Under the pieces are notes generated by a model. That model was not told where the DNA came from. It ran no database searches and was given only the letters and a program-made list of their open reading frames with translations. DNA of 64,000 nt from IMG/VR virus record IMGVR_UViG_3300042868_007959, positions 1 to 64,000 of that record; one strand, given 5' to 3'. Below are positions 43,651 through 53,795 of the stretch, one piece after another; position 1 is the first letter of the stretch; each line of letters starts with the position of its first letter. The position numbers and the translations under genes are program-made.

Positions 43651-44221
43651 ATATTTCTTTTTTCTTTTTCTTATATTGTTTTCTACCAACAGGAACATAA
43701 GAATCGTTTCCACCTATCATAACTTTTTCCCCATCGAATGTAGGTATCCCATTAATAGTCCTCATGTTCATAATCGCCTTCTCATCATACTTACAAATAG
43801 ATTTTAGTTCTTCTATATCATCGGATAATGTCATAAGATAAATTGACCCCTCAAAGGGTTCACCCTTAAAATCTGATCTTAATCCATATGCAATAACATC
43901 ACAATCTAATTCATCAACAATATCAGTTAATTGCCAAACTTGTTCTTTAGTTAAAAACTGAGACTCATCAACAAAAATACAGTCACAACCAAAACAATTT
44001 TCTGATACAAACTCAAAAAGATTAGTGGATTGATCAAAAGAATACGCATCTCTACTTATACCTACTCTAGAAGTAATTTTATTTTTACCATATCTATCAT
44101 CTAAATTCGATGTAAATAATATGATGTTTCTTTCTCTTTCTTCGTAATTAAACGCAGTTTTTAATAAATCTAATGATTTACCTGCACCCATTGTTGAATA
44201 TCTAAAGTATAACTTTGCCAT
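43643..44221 (-). CDS. tdk: Thymidine kinase
   Basis: YSTMGAGKS, IFVDESQFL, YGLRSDF..PFEGS, IGGNDSY. Confidence 0.95.
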   Translation of the reverse strand: MAKLYFRYSTMGAGKSLDLLKTAFNYEERERNIILFTSNLDDRYGKNKITSRVGISRDAYSFDQSTNLFEFVSENCFGCDCIFVDESQFLTKEQVWQLTDIVDELDCDVIAYGLRSDFKGEPFEGSIYLMTLSDDIEELKSICKYDEKAIMNMRTINGIPTFDGEKVMIGGNDSYVPVGRKQYKKKKKEIYE

Positions 44222-44279
44222 AATTTTTTTTATAATTATAAGTATTTATTATTATAAAATAAAGTATTATTCTACAAAT

Positions 44280-44705
44280 ATGAAATATAAATTAACTAAA
44301 GAAGAGATAGGTAATCTTTTATCAGATTACGAATATATGGGTTACGATGAAGAATCCGCAAAAGATGATTTAGTAGATTTAGTTTCATACTTCAACAATT
44401 TAAAATCTCCTTTAACTTTATATAGAATAATTTGTTCTGATAGTATAGAAGAAATAAACATTACAAAGGTAGGATCACACTATTCATTAGATAAAAAAAA
44501 TCTAACAAATAATCATTATAGAAGAGGTAGTATTGCGGGAGATTGTAGAGGTGAGAAGGTTTTCATATTGACTGTGACTGCGGACAACTCTTTGATAAAT
44601 GTTATGGAGACGTTATCCAATAACATTTTATACCCTCATGAAAAAGAAATAACCCTCAAAAATGAGGGTTATGGTAGTAATGTTATAAAAATAGAAGAAT
44701 TATAA
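44280..44705 (+). CDS. Possible ADP-ribosyltransferase-fold protein
   Basis: LYR, HYS and ExE (HEKE) in R-S-E spacing. Confidence 0.35.
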   Translation: MKYKLTKEEIGNLLSDYEYMGYDEESAKDDLVDLVSYFNNLKSPLTLYRIICSDSIEEINITKVGSHYSLDKKNLTNNHYRRGSIAGDCRGEKVFILTVTADNSLINVMETLSNNILYPHEKEITLKNEGYGSNVIKIEEL

Positions 44706-45809
44706 TAAGTGAGCTTTCGACTCAACCATACCAGAATTAGTTATTTCTACAAAAGTTGCCTTTTCATTAAATTCCGATATAGTCCTACAACCGCTATAAG
44801 ATAATGCGGATTTAACTCCATCATTTAAACCTTCAATAATAAAACTAACTCCTCCTTTGAATGGTATCAATGTTGATTCCCCTTCAATATGTCTCTCTAC
44901 TTGACCGTGACTTGATTTAGTTTCTAAACTAGCGGAACCTCTATATCTTTTATATAATGATCCATTATTTTTTTCGACAATCTTACCAGGAGATTCTTTG
45001 GTGCCTGCCAATAACGAACCTAACATCACACAATTTGCACCAGCAGCTAAAGCTTTAGCAATATCACCACTATTTCTAATTCCACCATCTGCCATCACAG
45101 GTATAGATATATTTGAACCTACTACACAATCATTAATTGATGTTACATTTGGTACCCCATGACCAGTTTTTATTCTTGTTGTACACAGACTACCTCCACC
45201 GATACCGACTCTTAAACCGTCAGCACCCCATTCACAAAGATCCATAGCTGATCTCGTAGTAGATATGTTACCTGCAATGATATCTACATGTGAGGGTAAA
45301 CATTTCCTTAACTCAGAAATCATATTTTTAACATTAAGATGGTGACCGTGCGCAACATCAATAATTAATATATTTGCACCACTCTCAACCAATTTAGTTG
45401 ATCTAATAATATCTGAAGACATTACCCCAATCGCTGCCATAACAGGAATGTCCTTAATTTCTGTGTGCCAATCATCGTACATAACTCCCCACTCTTCATA
45501 TGTTGAATTATCTCTAAAATGTTTTCTAACTTTTTTGACTTCTTCACATTGTTCTTCTACTGTCATAAATCTATGAATACAACCTACACCACCTAGTTCT
45601 GCCATTTTAATTGCCATTTCAGATTCACATACTGTATCCATACAAGATGCGACATAAGGTGTTAATAAACCATATCTTCTACTAACTTTAGTTTCTAATC
45701 TAATATGTGATCTACTACTAATGTCTGAGTACTTAGGAACTAATAATACATCGTCATATGTTAAAGATTTTTCTACTTTTAATTTATTCTGACTTTTCAT
45801 TTTATTCAA
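44700..45809 (-). CDS. guaB: IMP dehydrogenase / GMP reductase family, no CBS subdomain
   Basis: LTYDDVLLVP, IDVAHGH, VGIGGGSLCTTR, MADGGI, MLGSLLAG, YRGSAS; guaB versus guaC not resolved. Confidence 0.85.
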   Translation of the reverse strand: MNKMKSQNKLKVEKSLTYDDVLLVPKYSDISSRSHIRLETKVSRRYGLLTPYVASCMDTVCESEMAIKMAELGGVGCIHRFMTVEEQCEEVKKVRKHFRDNSTYEEWGVMYDDWHTEIKDIPVMAAIGVMSSDIIRSTKLVESGANILIIDVAHGHHLNVKNMISELRKCLPSHVDIIAGNISTTRSAMDLCEWGADGLRVGIGGGSLCTTRIKTGHGVPNVTSINDCVVGSNISIPVMADGGIRNSGDIAKALAAGANCVMLGSLLAGTKESPGKIVEKNNGSLYKRYRGSASLETKSSHGQVERHIEGESTLIPFKGGVSFIIEGLNDGVKSALSYSGCRTISEFNEKATFVEITNSGMVESKAHLL

Positions 45810-46109
45810 TCATTTTTTCATTGTTATTTTCTGATATATATTCGCCCCACTCTTCCGATAAGACATGAAATATTACACCAGGTAAACATAATATTATAGG
45901 TATAATTAAAAATATAACAGAAATTATTTTTAACCCCCAAAATAATATTTTACTCATCTGTTTTAGTTTTTTTACGTTTACGTGTTATTTTTTTAACGGA
46001 TTCAACTACCTCAACCTCATCTCCTTTCTCCTCAGAAATTTTGATTTCTACATAATCAGGAAAGAACATATTCATTCCGATACCTGTACACACTCTAATT
46101 GTTTTTTCT

Positions 46110-46292
46110 TTACTCATACTTTTTGTTTATCATTCTTATTAATTCATTGTAACCTAAAAAATCCTCAAATTTTATATAATAAAGATTCACATAATTTTTG
46201 GCGGATTCAAAATGGCACTCTTTCACACAACTCTGTATCACCGAAACACATTTCTGTTTTGCCTCTATTTGTTTAAGAAGTTCCATCTTCAA
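46110..46292 (-). CDS. Hypothetical protein
   Basis: ORF track. Confidence 0.65.
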   Translation of the reverse strand: MKMELLKQIEAKQKCVSVIQSCVKECHFESAKNYVNLYYIKFEDFLGYNELIRMINKKYE

Positions 46293-46575
46293 TTATTTTT
46301 AATAATGTTATTATCTTATCACACATTTCATATTCTTCTATAGATTCGTAATAAGATAGACATTTATTTAAACTATTCGTCCAGTCACTCTTTTTTAATT
46401 CTGTTGTTAACATAGTATTCTCTAAAGGGTTAATTACCCTAAAAATAATTAAAGACTCTAAATTCTCCTCTATTGATTTTTTAACGCCTTCTACAATTAA
46501 TGAACATATTAACCATTTATTATCCTGAAGAAAAATTTTTTGACTGTCCCCATTACTAACATAAAAATCTTTCAT
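46273..46575 (-). CDS. Hypothetical protein
   Basis: ORF track. Confidence 0.7.
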   Translation of the reverse strand: MKDFYVSNGDSQKIFLQDNKWLICSLIVEGVKKSIEENLESLIIFRVINPLENTMLTTELKKSDWTNSLNKCLSYYESIEEYEMCDKIITLLKIIEDGTS

Positions 46576-46844
46576 AATGCCAAAACTAATTTTTTATACT
46601 CCTCATATAATTTTGTCACATATAAGTTTGAAATTGTTATACAGTAAGATTGGTGTATCCCTAAATTAGAAAGATCACGATTTATTAACCTGATTAATAT
46701 ATTTCTACCAAACTGTGTAGTAATATCAAATGTTTCTTCTGTCAAAGACATTTTTATTTTTGAAGGTAACCCATTATTGTCAAACAAAGGGATAAAATTA
46801 TTATCCAAAAATTTATCCATATTTTTAAGATTAAGAACATCCAT
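46572..46844 (-). CDS. Hypothetical protein
   Basis: ORF track; TATATTTG at 46861-46868. Confidence 0.7.
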   Translation of the reverse strand: MDVLNLKNMDKFLDNNFIPLFDNNGLPSKIKMSLTEETFDITTQFGRNILIRLINRDLSNLGIHQSYCITISNLYVTKLYEEYKKLVLAL

Positions 46845-46879
46845 ATCAAAAGGTTTTAGACAAATATAAAAATAATTTT

Positions 46880-47299
46880 CTAATTATCCAAATTTATTTC
46901 ATTAATTAATTTATGTAATTTATGATCATTCAGTCCCAACCTTTCTTTACACTCTAAAAGTTCCGAACTATTCATTTCATAATTCTGATAATAACTTTCA
47001 TATGACACTAGTAGATTATTCATTAACTCCACAAAATCATAAAATACAGTTCTATCTCTAGTATTATTTAATATAATTAATGGACCTTCTTTATCCCCTC
47101 TATGTACTTTTTCTAATAATAAGTGGGAACTACTCTTTATAATACTAACTTTTAATTGATCAAAAATGTGATCAATATTGACTCTTTGATCCTTAATATC
47201 ATTTATTTTTTTACGTAAAGTAGTTAAGTATTCCTCATCTAAAGTATGTTCTTTACCTAAATGTTTTTTTAAGGCATTAATTAGATATTCATTTTCCAT
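46880..47299 (-). CDS. Hypothetical protein
   Basis: ORF track. Confidence 0.7.
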   Translation of the reverse strand: MENEYLINALKKHLGKEHTLDEEYLTTLRKKINDIKDQRVNIDHIFDQLKVSIIKSSSHLLLEKVHRGDKEGPLIILNNTRDRTVFYDFVELMNNLLVSYESYYQNYEMNSSELLECKERLGLNDHKLHKLINEINLDN

Positions 47300-47383
47300 A
47301 AGTAAGTATAAAAAATTTATTTAATAAAATCAACATATATTTTTTTTATATTGTTTTTTTTATTAACTTCGAATAAAAAATTT

Positions 47384-47911
47384 ATGAATATTTTTGTTTT
47401 AGATTACGACACAAAAAAATGTGCACAAATGCATTGTGATAAACATGTTGTTAAAATGATTTTAGAGACTGCACAGTTACTCTGCGGTGTACACCATATG
47501 ACAAACAGTGTAAGTGACATAGAAGTACCATATAAGTTATCTCATAGGAATCACCCATGTTCTATTTGGGTAAGGGGTTGTGTTGAGAATTATGTATGGT
47601 TATGTGATTTAGGTATCGAACTATGTAAAGAATATACATATAGATATGGTAAGCGACATAAATCACAGGATGTGATCGAGTGGTGTATGTTAAATATACC
47701 TAATATTAAAGAGATTGGTGATATCACACCTTTTCCATTGGCAATGAATGACGAATGTAAAATAAATGGTGAGGTAGTAGAATCTTACAGAAAATACTAT
47801 ATTATGTATAAGAAAGATTTTGCTAAATGGACTGGTAGAGAAATTCCTTTATGGTTTAATCCTTCAAATGATTCATCAGTACCCCACCAAGTGAAGATAC
47901 TTGTCTCATAA
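47384..47911 (+). CDS. Pyrimidine-dimer DNA glycosylase (DenV/PDG superfamily)
   Basis: MNIFVLD..HCDKHVVKMILETAQLL, HRNHPCSIW, EYTYRYGKRHKS. Confidence 0.8.
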   Translation: MNIFVLDYDTKKCAQMHCDKHVVKMILETAQLLCGVHHMTNSVSDIEVPYKLSHRNHPCSIWVRGCVENYVWLCDLGIELCKEYTYRYGKRHKSQDVIEWCMLNIPNIKEIGDITPFPLAMNDECKINGEVVESYRKYYIMYKKDFAKWTGREIPLWFNPSNDSSVPHQVKILVS

Positions 47912-48461
47912 TCTCATTTATTGCGGCATCCCCTAAAGAAACTTTTCTTTTAGTATAGTCAATACCTAAGACACCGATAAATCTATCATCAATACTTTTT
48001 ATTGCGAATAAATAACCTGATTTGCAACTATTTTCTTCTGCAATATATTTTAAACCGTATGTGGGAATAGTATCATCCTTAAAATCAGGTATTTTAATCA
48101 CATCATTATTAACCAATTCATTCAGTGATTTTGAAAATAGGTTAACAGGTATATTCTGTAAACTATGTTGTATGGATGAAGCCCCAATACCAACTGTTTC
48201 ATAGATAATTGAGAATTTTGCGATAGATTTACCTGTTGGGTAAAAATGACCACCATTATGGAATTGTGTCACCCATATCCTATCGGCATTATTATCTCCC
48301 TTTATCTCATCAATTTTATGTGTAACTAATTCACTTACTTGAAGTACCTCTGCAACCATATCAGGTTTTTTAGTTTTTCTTTTCTCAACCCAATTTTTGA
48401 CTAAAAATATTGTAACTGGACTTATGACACCAGTGATAAATGCAATCGCTATCTCAACCAT
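47856..48461 (-). CDS. N-terminal TM + GAF-like domain protein (architecture like T4 holin T)
   Basis: Hydrophobic N-terminus; RIWVTQFHNG..FIGVLGIDY GAF-like pattern; TATTTATA at 48476-48484. Confidence 0.5.
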   Translation of the reverse strand: MVEIAIAFITGVISPVTIFLVKNWVEKRKTKKPDMVAEVLQVSELVTHKIDEIKGDNNADRIWVTQFHNGGHFYPTGKSIAKFSIIYETVGIGASSIQHSLQNIPVNLFSKSLNELVNNDVIKIPDFKDDTIPTYGLKYIAEENSCKSGYLFAIKSIDDRFIGVLGIDYTKRKVSLGDAAINEIMRQVSSLGGVLMNHLKD

Positions 48462-48515
48462 ATTAATCTTTTAATTATAAATATATCACCTAACTAAAAA
48501 GTATTAGATAAAGGC

Positions 48516-48543
48516 AAAAAAAATGGGGGACTAAACCCCCATT
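48516..48543 (-). terminator. Intrinsic terminator
   Basis: AATGGGGG-N6-CCCCCATT plus U-tract. Confidence 0.7.
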
Positions 48544-48561
48544 CATATCGTATCTATTGAT

Positions 48562-49356
48562 TTACAACAAACTCTCAGAAAGACTCCACAACATTTTGTT
48601 TACATCTAAATTTTGTTCGATTGATCTAATTGATCGACTTCTAGATCTTCTAACTTTACCGTTGTCTCTTGGTGTAACAATCAATGTACCACCCTGTAAC
48701 ATATTTTCCTGTACTCTATTGAATACACTCCACAAATCGTTACCAGAATCTTCATCTCTTCTGATGTGTAACATCTGATTCAAATCAATTAATTTATCAG
48801 AACCCCATCTTTCATCTGCAACCATTTTGGCGAAATCATATTGTTGAGTCATCGTTAAATCTTTGGACATCATATCCTGAACTCTACCAACAACCAATGG
48901 GATTTTCTCTGTTGTCATATTAATAACTTTAAGAATATCCTCTTTTTGAAACCCTTTGTGCATCACTCGGAACTCATCAAAAGTTTTATCTGCGATAACC
49001 AAACCATTAGAACAAACTAATCTGAATAGTCCCACATGAAACTTAAATGAAGATGAACCATCGTGTGAATTGGTTAATAAAATTTCTGGATGGGTATCAC
49101 CAATCTCTCTAGATAAATTAATGTTGTTTTCATTACGAAAACGTAACATATGTTTTTTAAATGGGCTTTTAGCTTCGTACCCCTTTCTAGTTGATGATTG
49201 CATCGCCTTTGTAGGTAACCAACCTTGTTCACTTAAAATTTCGATCACTTCCGTAGTTGGGATGAATCGATAAACATTCGACAAATGGTTTGATGGGGCT
49301 TGTGTAAGAGCCGATGGACAAACTGAACCAATTTGATTTAAATTTAAATATTCCAT
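48562..49356 (-). CDS. DUF932/DUF945 family protein
   Basis: YRFIPT, KHMLRFR, LTNSHDGSSSF..GLFRLVCSNGL, LWSVFNRVQEN. Confidence 0.88.
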   Translation of the reverse strand: MEYLNLNQIGSVCPSALTQAPSNHLSNVYRFIPTTEVIEILSEQGWLPTKAMQSSTRKGYEAKSPFKKHMLRFRNENNINLSREIGDTHPEILLTNSHDGSSSFKFHVGLFRLVCSNGLVIADKTFDEFRVMHKGFQKEDILKVINMTTEKIPLVVGRVQDMMSKDLTMTQQYDFAKMVADERWGSDKLIDLNQMLHIRRDEDSGNDLWSVFNRVQENMLQGGTLIVTPRDNGKVRRSRSRSIRSIEQNLDVNKMLWSLSESLL

Positions 49357-49378
49357 AGTTTTTATTTTTTATTTGTTA

Positions 49379-49410
49379 TAAAGTTAAGTATAATTTATTA
49401 AACTGCCAAA
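49379..49410 (-). promoter_or_regulatory. Bacteroidota-type promoter (variant -7)
   Basis: TTTG-N20-TAACTTTA. Confidence 0.7.
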
Positions 49411-49784
49411 ATTTCTTTTAATTTATTTACACGATTAGTGTAAGTTTTTTGATAAAACTTATCAAACGACTCTTTAATATAGACAAAACTAACAGGTCCA
49501 CCCATATATTTATACGCAGTCCCCCAATTCATTCCGTCATCTACCATATCAATCACACCTATAGAAACAGAATTTATACTAGTGTTACCAATAATAACAT
49601 TGATACCAGTTTCAGGTGAATACAAACCTCTTTTACAATCTTCACCTTTAGGACTTTCTACAAACCCTCTTTTTCGAAATTCTGACATTACATAATCGAA
49701 CATATCTGTACCCATTTCCTTTTTAAGGGAATTAAGTTCACTTTTCAGTTCTTTGATTTTAGTTACTTTCTCTAATACTTTCAT
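49398..49784 (-). CDS. Hypothetical protein
   Basis: ORF track; promoter at 49807-49838. Confidence 0.75.
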   Translation of the reverse strand: MKVLEKVTKIKELKSELNSLKKEMGTDMFDYVMSEFRKRGFVESPKGEDCKRGLYSPETGINVIIGNTSINSVSIGVIDMVDDGMNWGTAYKYMGGPVSFVYIKESFDKFYQKTYTNRVNKLKEILAV

Positions 49785-49806
49785 AGTTATTATTTTTTAG
49801 TTATTG

Positions 49807-49838
49807 TAAATTTAAGTCTTTTTTTTCAAACTACCAAA
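49807..49838 (-). promoter_or_regulatory. Bacteroidota-type promoter (variant -7)
   Basis: TTTG-N20-TAAATTTA. Confidence 0.7.
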
Positions 49839-49883
49839 CATTTTAATCTTTTTTTTTAATATTTATTGTATATTATTATTTAT

Positions 49884-51698
49884 ATGAGAAAATTAAACAG
49901 AGCAGAAATAAGATTTCTTAAATATTTAGATGAACATTTAGACGATGTGTTTGATAAAACGTCAGCACTTAAAGTGTTAAGAGATGATTTAGGTTTAGAT
50001 TCAAAAGAGGCGGCACACTTATATAGTGTTTGGTACTTCACCAAAGGAGATACAGATTATAGTGAGGTAGACTACGATGATGATAATAGTTTAGTATCTT
50101 TTATAAGGAAAATGAGTTCTTTTAATAGTAATTCTGATAGAGAATCTTATATAGATATGTTATATGAAGATGAACTTGAGAAATTAGAGAGAATTTATGG
50201 TGAATGGATTAATATTCGTTGTGGTGGTTGGAGAAGTACTTTACCATGTATCGTATGGGATAGTGATGGTATCACATTAGAATTAGATTATGATGATTGG
50301 AAAGAACATTTTTCAGGATTACATGAACAAAGTTTCTATATCTATGATAAAGCGTATAGTGATTATGGTAGTGATTATGACGAAATGGATGATTCAGAGT
50401 TTGATTACGCTTATAGTAATGATGAAACTATAGAACTTTTTGAAGAATTAGCGTTAATCGTAGGTAAAAATACTTGGCCTGGTAAAGATAATGGAGAGAT
50501 ATCGGAAAAAGATATATCTAATTTTTTAGAAAGTATTTTACCATCAGATGTATATGAATCGATAGTTAGTGATTATGTAACTGAACTAGGATATGTGGTT
50601 ACAAATGCTAGAAATAAATCAACAAGAGAAACTTACTCGAATGAAATAAAATATGACGTTAACAAATCCAGTTGTAGTACAAGTAATAATTGTATCGAAA
50701 TACCATATGATGATTTAATCGAAATAATTAATGAAAATGGTTTAGTAAATTTATCTGAATTAAAAGACGCTGAAATACAACCAGACATTGATCTAGAAAA
50801 TGGTTATTACGATTCTTGGGTAGATGATGATGGGGTTGATGAGGTAATAACTGAATTTAACAGAACATTAAGACGATCCATAGATTCAATTATAGAAGAT
50901 GGTGGAATAGATATTAATGAATTAATAGAAAAAAGAGAGGGTTTTTATAAATTTATTAAAGATTTAGGTTTTGTTTTAATAAACTCAACAAATAAGGGTG
51001 ATTGGTATAAAAGTAAGGATGATAAAATACATTTTTATATGAACGATGTAGATTTTGGGGAAGATAAGATTAAATTTACATATGAAGGTAAATCACATTT
51101 AGTTCCGATAGAAGATTTAAGTGATTGGTCACAAGGTAGTGTATTAGATTTAAATGAAAGTGTTAGATATAACAAGATTAAATTACTGAAAGAGAATAAA
51201 GAAATAATTAATAAAATATCGATATTCGATTTTGATGGTACACTTATGGAGACACCTCATCCAGAGAAGGGTAAGTTATTTTGGGAAGAAACTACAGGTA
51301 TGAAATATCCTCATATTGGGTGGTGGAGTAAACCTGAATCTTTAGATACTAAAGTATTTAACATTAGGACTATAACCCCAACTGTTAAAGCGTATAAGAA
51401 AGAAATGGGGGATCCTAATACATTAGTCATTATGTTAACAGGTAGGTTACCACAACAACACGATCAAGTGGAAGGTTTATTGTCCTCAAACGGGATTTAC
51501 TTTGACGAGTACCATTATAAAGGTAACGGTGATACTTTAGGTAGTAAAATAAATACTATTAGAACATTATTAAGTAAATACCCAACAGTTGAGTCCATTG
51601 AGATGTGGGAGGATAGAGAACCTCACGCAATTGAGTTTGAGAAATGGGGTGAAGAAAATGGTGTAACTATAAAAGTTAATTTAGTATTAAAGAAGTAA
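49884..51698 (+). CDS. Acidic N-terminal region fused via LNE|SV..LLKE to a HAD-family phosphatase
   Basis: FDFDGTL, MLTGR, MWEDR; similar to RNA-repair HAD domains. Confidence 0.8.
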   Translation: MRKLNRAEIRFLKYLDEHLDDVFDKTSALKVLRDDLGLDSKEAAHLYSVWYFTKGDTDYSEVDYDDDNSLVSFIRKMSSFNSNSDRESYIDMLYEDELEKLERIYGEWINIRCGGWRSTLPCIVWDSDGITLELDYDDWKEHFSGLHEQSFYIYDKAYSDYGSDYDEMDDSEFDYAYSNDETIELFEELALIVGKNTWPGKDNGEISEKDISNFLESILPSDVYESIVSDYVTELGYVVTNARNKSTRETYSNEIKYDVNKSSCSTSNNCIEIPYDDLIEIINENGLVNLSELKDAEIQPDIDLENGYYDSWVDDDGVDEVITEFNRTLRRSIDSIIEDGGIDINELIEKREGFYKFIKDLGFVLINSTNKGDWYKSKDDKIHFYMNDVDFGEDKIKFTYEGKSHLVPIEDLSDWSQGSVLDLNESVRYNKIKLLKENKEIINKISIFDFDGTLMETPHPEKGKLFWEETTGMKYPHIGWWSKPESLDTKVFNIRTITPTVKAYKKEMGDPNTLVIMLTGRLPQQHDQVEGLLSSNGIYFDEYHYKGNGDTLGSKINTIRTLLSKYPTVESIEMWEDREPHAIEFEKWGEENGVTIKVNLVLKK

Positions 51699-51701
51699 AA
51701 A

Positions 51702-52022
51702 TTATTTATCCTTTTTAGGTGAAGGTAAATATTTTAAATCTGTATAACTCATATAGATATATTCTGTTACCATATCTACATTACTGTAATATATATTCCA
51801 TTTATCATACCCGAAATAGTCAGGTATAAATTCCTCATCGTCCACATATTCTAAAAAGTCTTGACCATCAGTTACATAGTGTTCATAACACCAGTTATAG
51901 TAATCACTGTCAACTAACTCCCTATAGTAGTCATCACCATCTCCCTCTACTTTAAAAACTAATGTAAGAATATTATCCAAATCACAGATAATATCATAAA
52001 CCTCTTGTATTGTGTAATTCAT
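51702..52022 (-). CDS. Hypothetical acidic protein
   Basis: ORF track; TATTTAT at 52037-52044. Confidence 0.7.
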   Translation of the reverse strand: MNYTIQEVYDIICDLDNILTLVFKVEGDGDDYYRELVDSDYYNWCYEHYVTDGQDFLEYVDDEEFIPDYFGYDKWNIYYSNVDMVTEYIYMSYTDLKYLPSPKKDK

Positions 52023-52045
52023 AATATATTTTGAAAATAAATATA

Positions 52046-52393
52046 TTAAAATATAACAATACGTAATTTTAGTTTAAATTTTTTACATAAATCTATCATA
52101 TGTTTTGTACCCTTACTCTTCCCATCCCAAAAAATAATTGCACCATCAGCCACTTTAGCCATCTCTTCATTTCTCATGTATCCCGCTCTTTTACCGTATA
52201 AATCCCACATTGCGGGGTATTCTTCTAATTTATGATGGTTCTGGTGGGCATAATCTTCACCTAATGAATCCGCACCTTTAGCTTTTCCAGATATGATAGA
52301 AATTTCTTTCTGATTTTTTAAAAAGTAATCTAGTTTTTGTTTTAATAGTTCGTAGTCATTAAATGTCCTACTACCTGCAACTATGACTTTCAT
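52046..52393 (-). CDS. SLOG-family (DUF2493/YspA-like) protein
   Basis: VIVAGSR, ISGKAKGAD, AGYMRNEEM, FWDGKSKGT. Confidence 0.9.
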   Translation of the reverse strand: MKVIVAGSRTFNDYELLKQKLDYFLKNQKEISIISGKAKGADSLGEDYAHQNHHKLEEYPAMWDLYGKRAGYMRNEEMAKVADGAIIFWDGKSKGTKHMIDLCKKFKLKLRIVIF

Positions 52394-52614
52394 TGATTGT
52401 TTCTACTCTCTAATTCTATTAATTTATCTAAGTATTGTTTCGCCTTTTTGAGATCCTCAATACCATTCTTGTGTCTCCATCTAGTAACATATTTAACAAC
52501 ATTACCTTCAAAAAAATCTAAATTATGTGAATGCGAATAGTCCCACATTTCTATTCCTTTATTGTAGTGGGATGGGTGTACAACTCTTTCGTTCGGGTTA
52601 ATAGATTTATCCAT
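52390..52614 (-). CDS. DUF3310 family protein
   Basis: HPSHY, GNVVKYVTRWRHKNGIEDLKKAKQY. Confidence 0.9.
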   Translation of the reverse strand: MDKSINPNERVVHPSHYNKGIEMWDYSHSHNLDFFEGNVVKYVTRWRHKNGIEDLKKAKQYLDKLIELESRNNQ

Positions 52615-52664
52615 ATTTTTTAGTTTTAAGTATATGGATTTTTTATTTAAATGTCAATATACTT

Positions 52665-53795
52665 TTATAATATATGGTGGAAATTATCTACTACAAAATA
52701 ACTTTGGTTGTCTATATCGACTGTCATTAAGTGCTCAGTATTTAACGCTTTGCTAATCATCTCTTTTATCATACCCATCTCATCAAATTGTATGAGTCCG
52801 TCATCTATTGCTTCACTTATTGTCATTTCCGATTCATTAACATAATCAATTGGGTTTTCTTTATACTCATCCTCTAATTCATCAAATCTATAATGAAGAT
52901 ACATATTTTTTATGTCCTCATCAGAAATTTCACTATCTCTAAGATCATCAATATCAGATTCTAAATCAGAAATGTATTGTGATATGTTATGATAATCTAG
53001 ATTTAGTTCATTTAATTTAGTTTCTATTTTATTTAAATACTTTTCGAATCTATTATAATCTTCATCATCATCACCTTCTATCTCTTGTTTAATAACCGCC
53101 CTTTCGGATTCTAAAGATTCTATTTTTTTAAGTAGTGAATTCATTTTTTTTTCTTCTAATTTTAATTCACCTTCTAAATCTAATATCATTTCTCTATTGT
53201 TTTCGATTTCTTCTAATGTTTTACCATCATCTATATATTCTAATAAATTATCAATCGATTTATACCCTATCTCTTCCTGAATCTTCTCATTGATGTTATA
53301 GTTTAAAGATTCTTCATCTAAAACAATATATTTTTCTATCAGTGGTCTCCTATACCCACTAAATTCGTTATCATACATTTTTTCTCTAATACTACGAACT
53401 AGGTCATCATATGTACCAACTTCATATATCCCACCATTCTCAATAAATTTATAAATTTTTAAATCGTAAACATCACCTCTAAAAATAAAAAATTCTGGTA
53501 CAACTCCCCATAATTTTGATATCGCTCTAACTTGTCTACTATATCTATCTTCAGAAGTTAATTCCCATTCTATCAATTCATCATATGTTTCATCATCCTC
53601 TATGATATTATTTTTATATAACTTAATAACTCTACCTATTAAATCTCTATCATCTATATGTAAATCATTAACCAAAACTTTATATATACTTTCAGGATTT
53701 CTAGACTCAAGATTACTATGTAAATAATTAAGTAATTTTAATTCAACCTTATTAACGTGATCAACATTTTCCGATATTAATTTTATTAATTTCAT
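52665..53795 (-). CDS. Leader MKLIKLISE + acidic coiled-coil protein
   Basis: Similar layout to 57678..58766. Confidence 0.8.
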   Translation of the reverse strand: MKLIKLISENVDHVNKVELKLLNYLHSNLESRNPESIYKVLVNDLHIDDRDLIGRVIKLYKNNIIEDDETYDELIEWELTSEDRYSRQVRAISKLWGVVPEFFIFRGDVYDLKIYKFIENGGIYEVGTYDDLVRSIREKMYDNEFSGYRRPLIEKYIVLDEESLNYNINEKIQEEIGYKSIDNLLEYIDDGKTLEEIENNREMILDLEGELKLEEKKMNSLLKKIESLESERAVIKQEIEGDDDEDYNRFEKYLNKIETKLNELNLDYHNISQYISDLESDIDDLRDSEISDEDIKNMYLHYRFDELEDEYKENPIDYVNESEMTISEAIDDGLIQFDEMGMIKEMISKALNTEHLMTVDIDNQSYFVVDNFHHIL

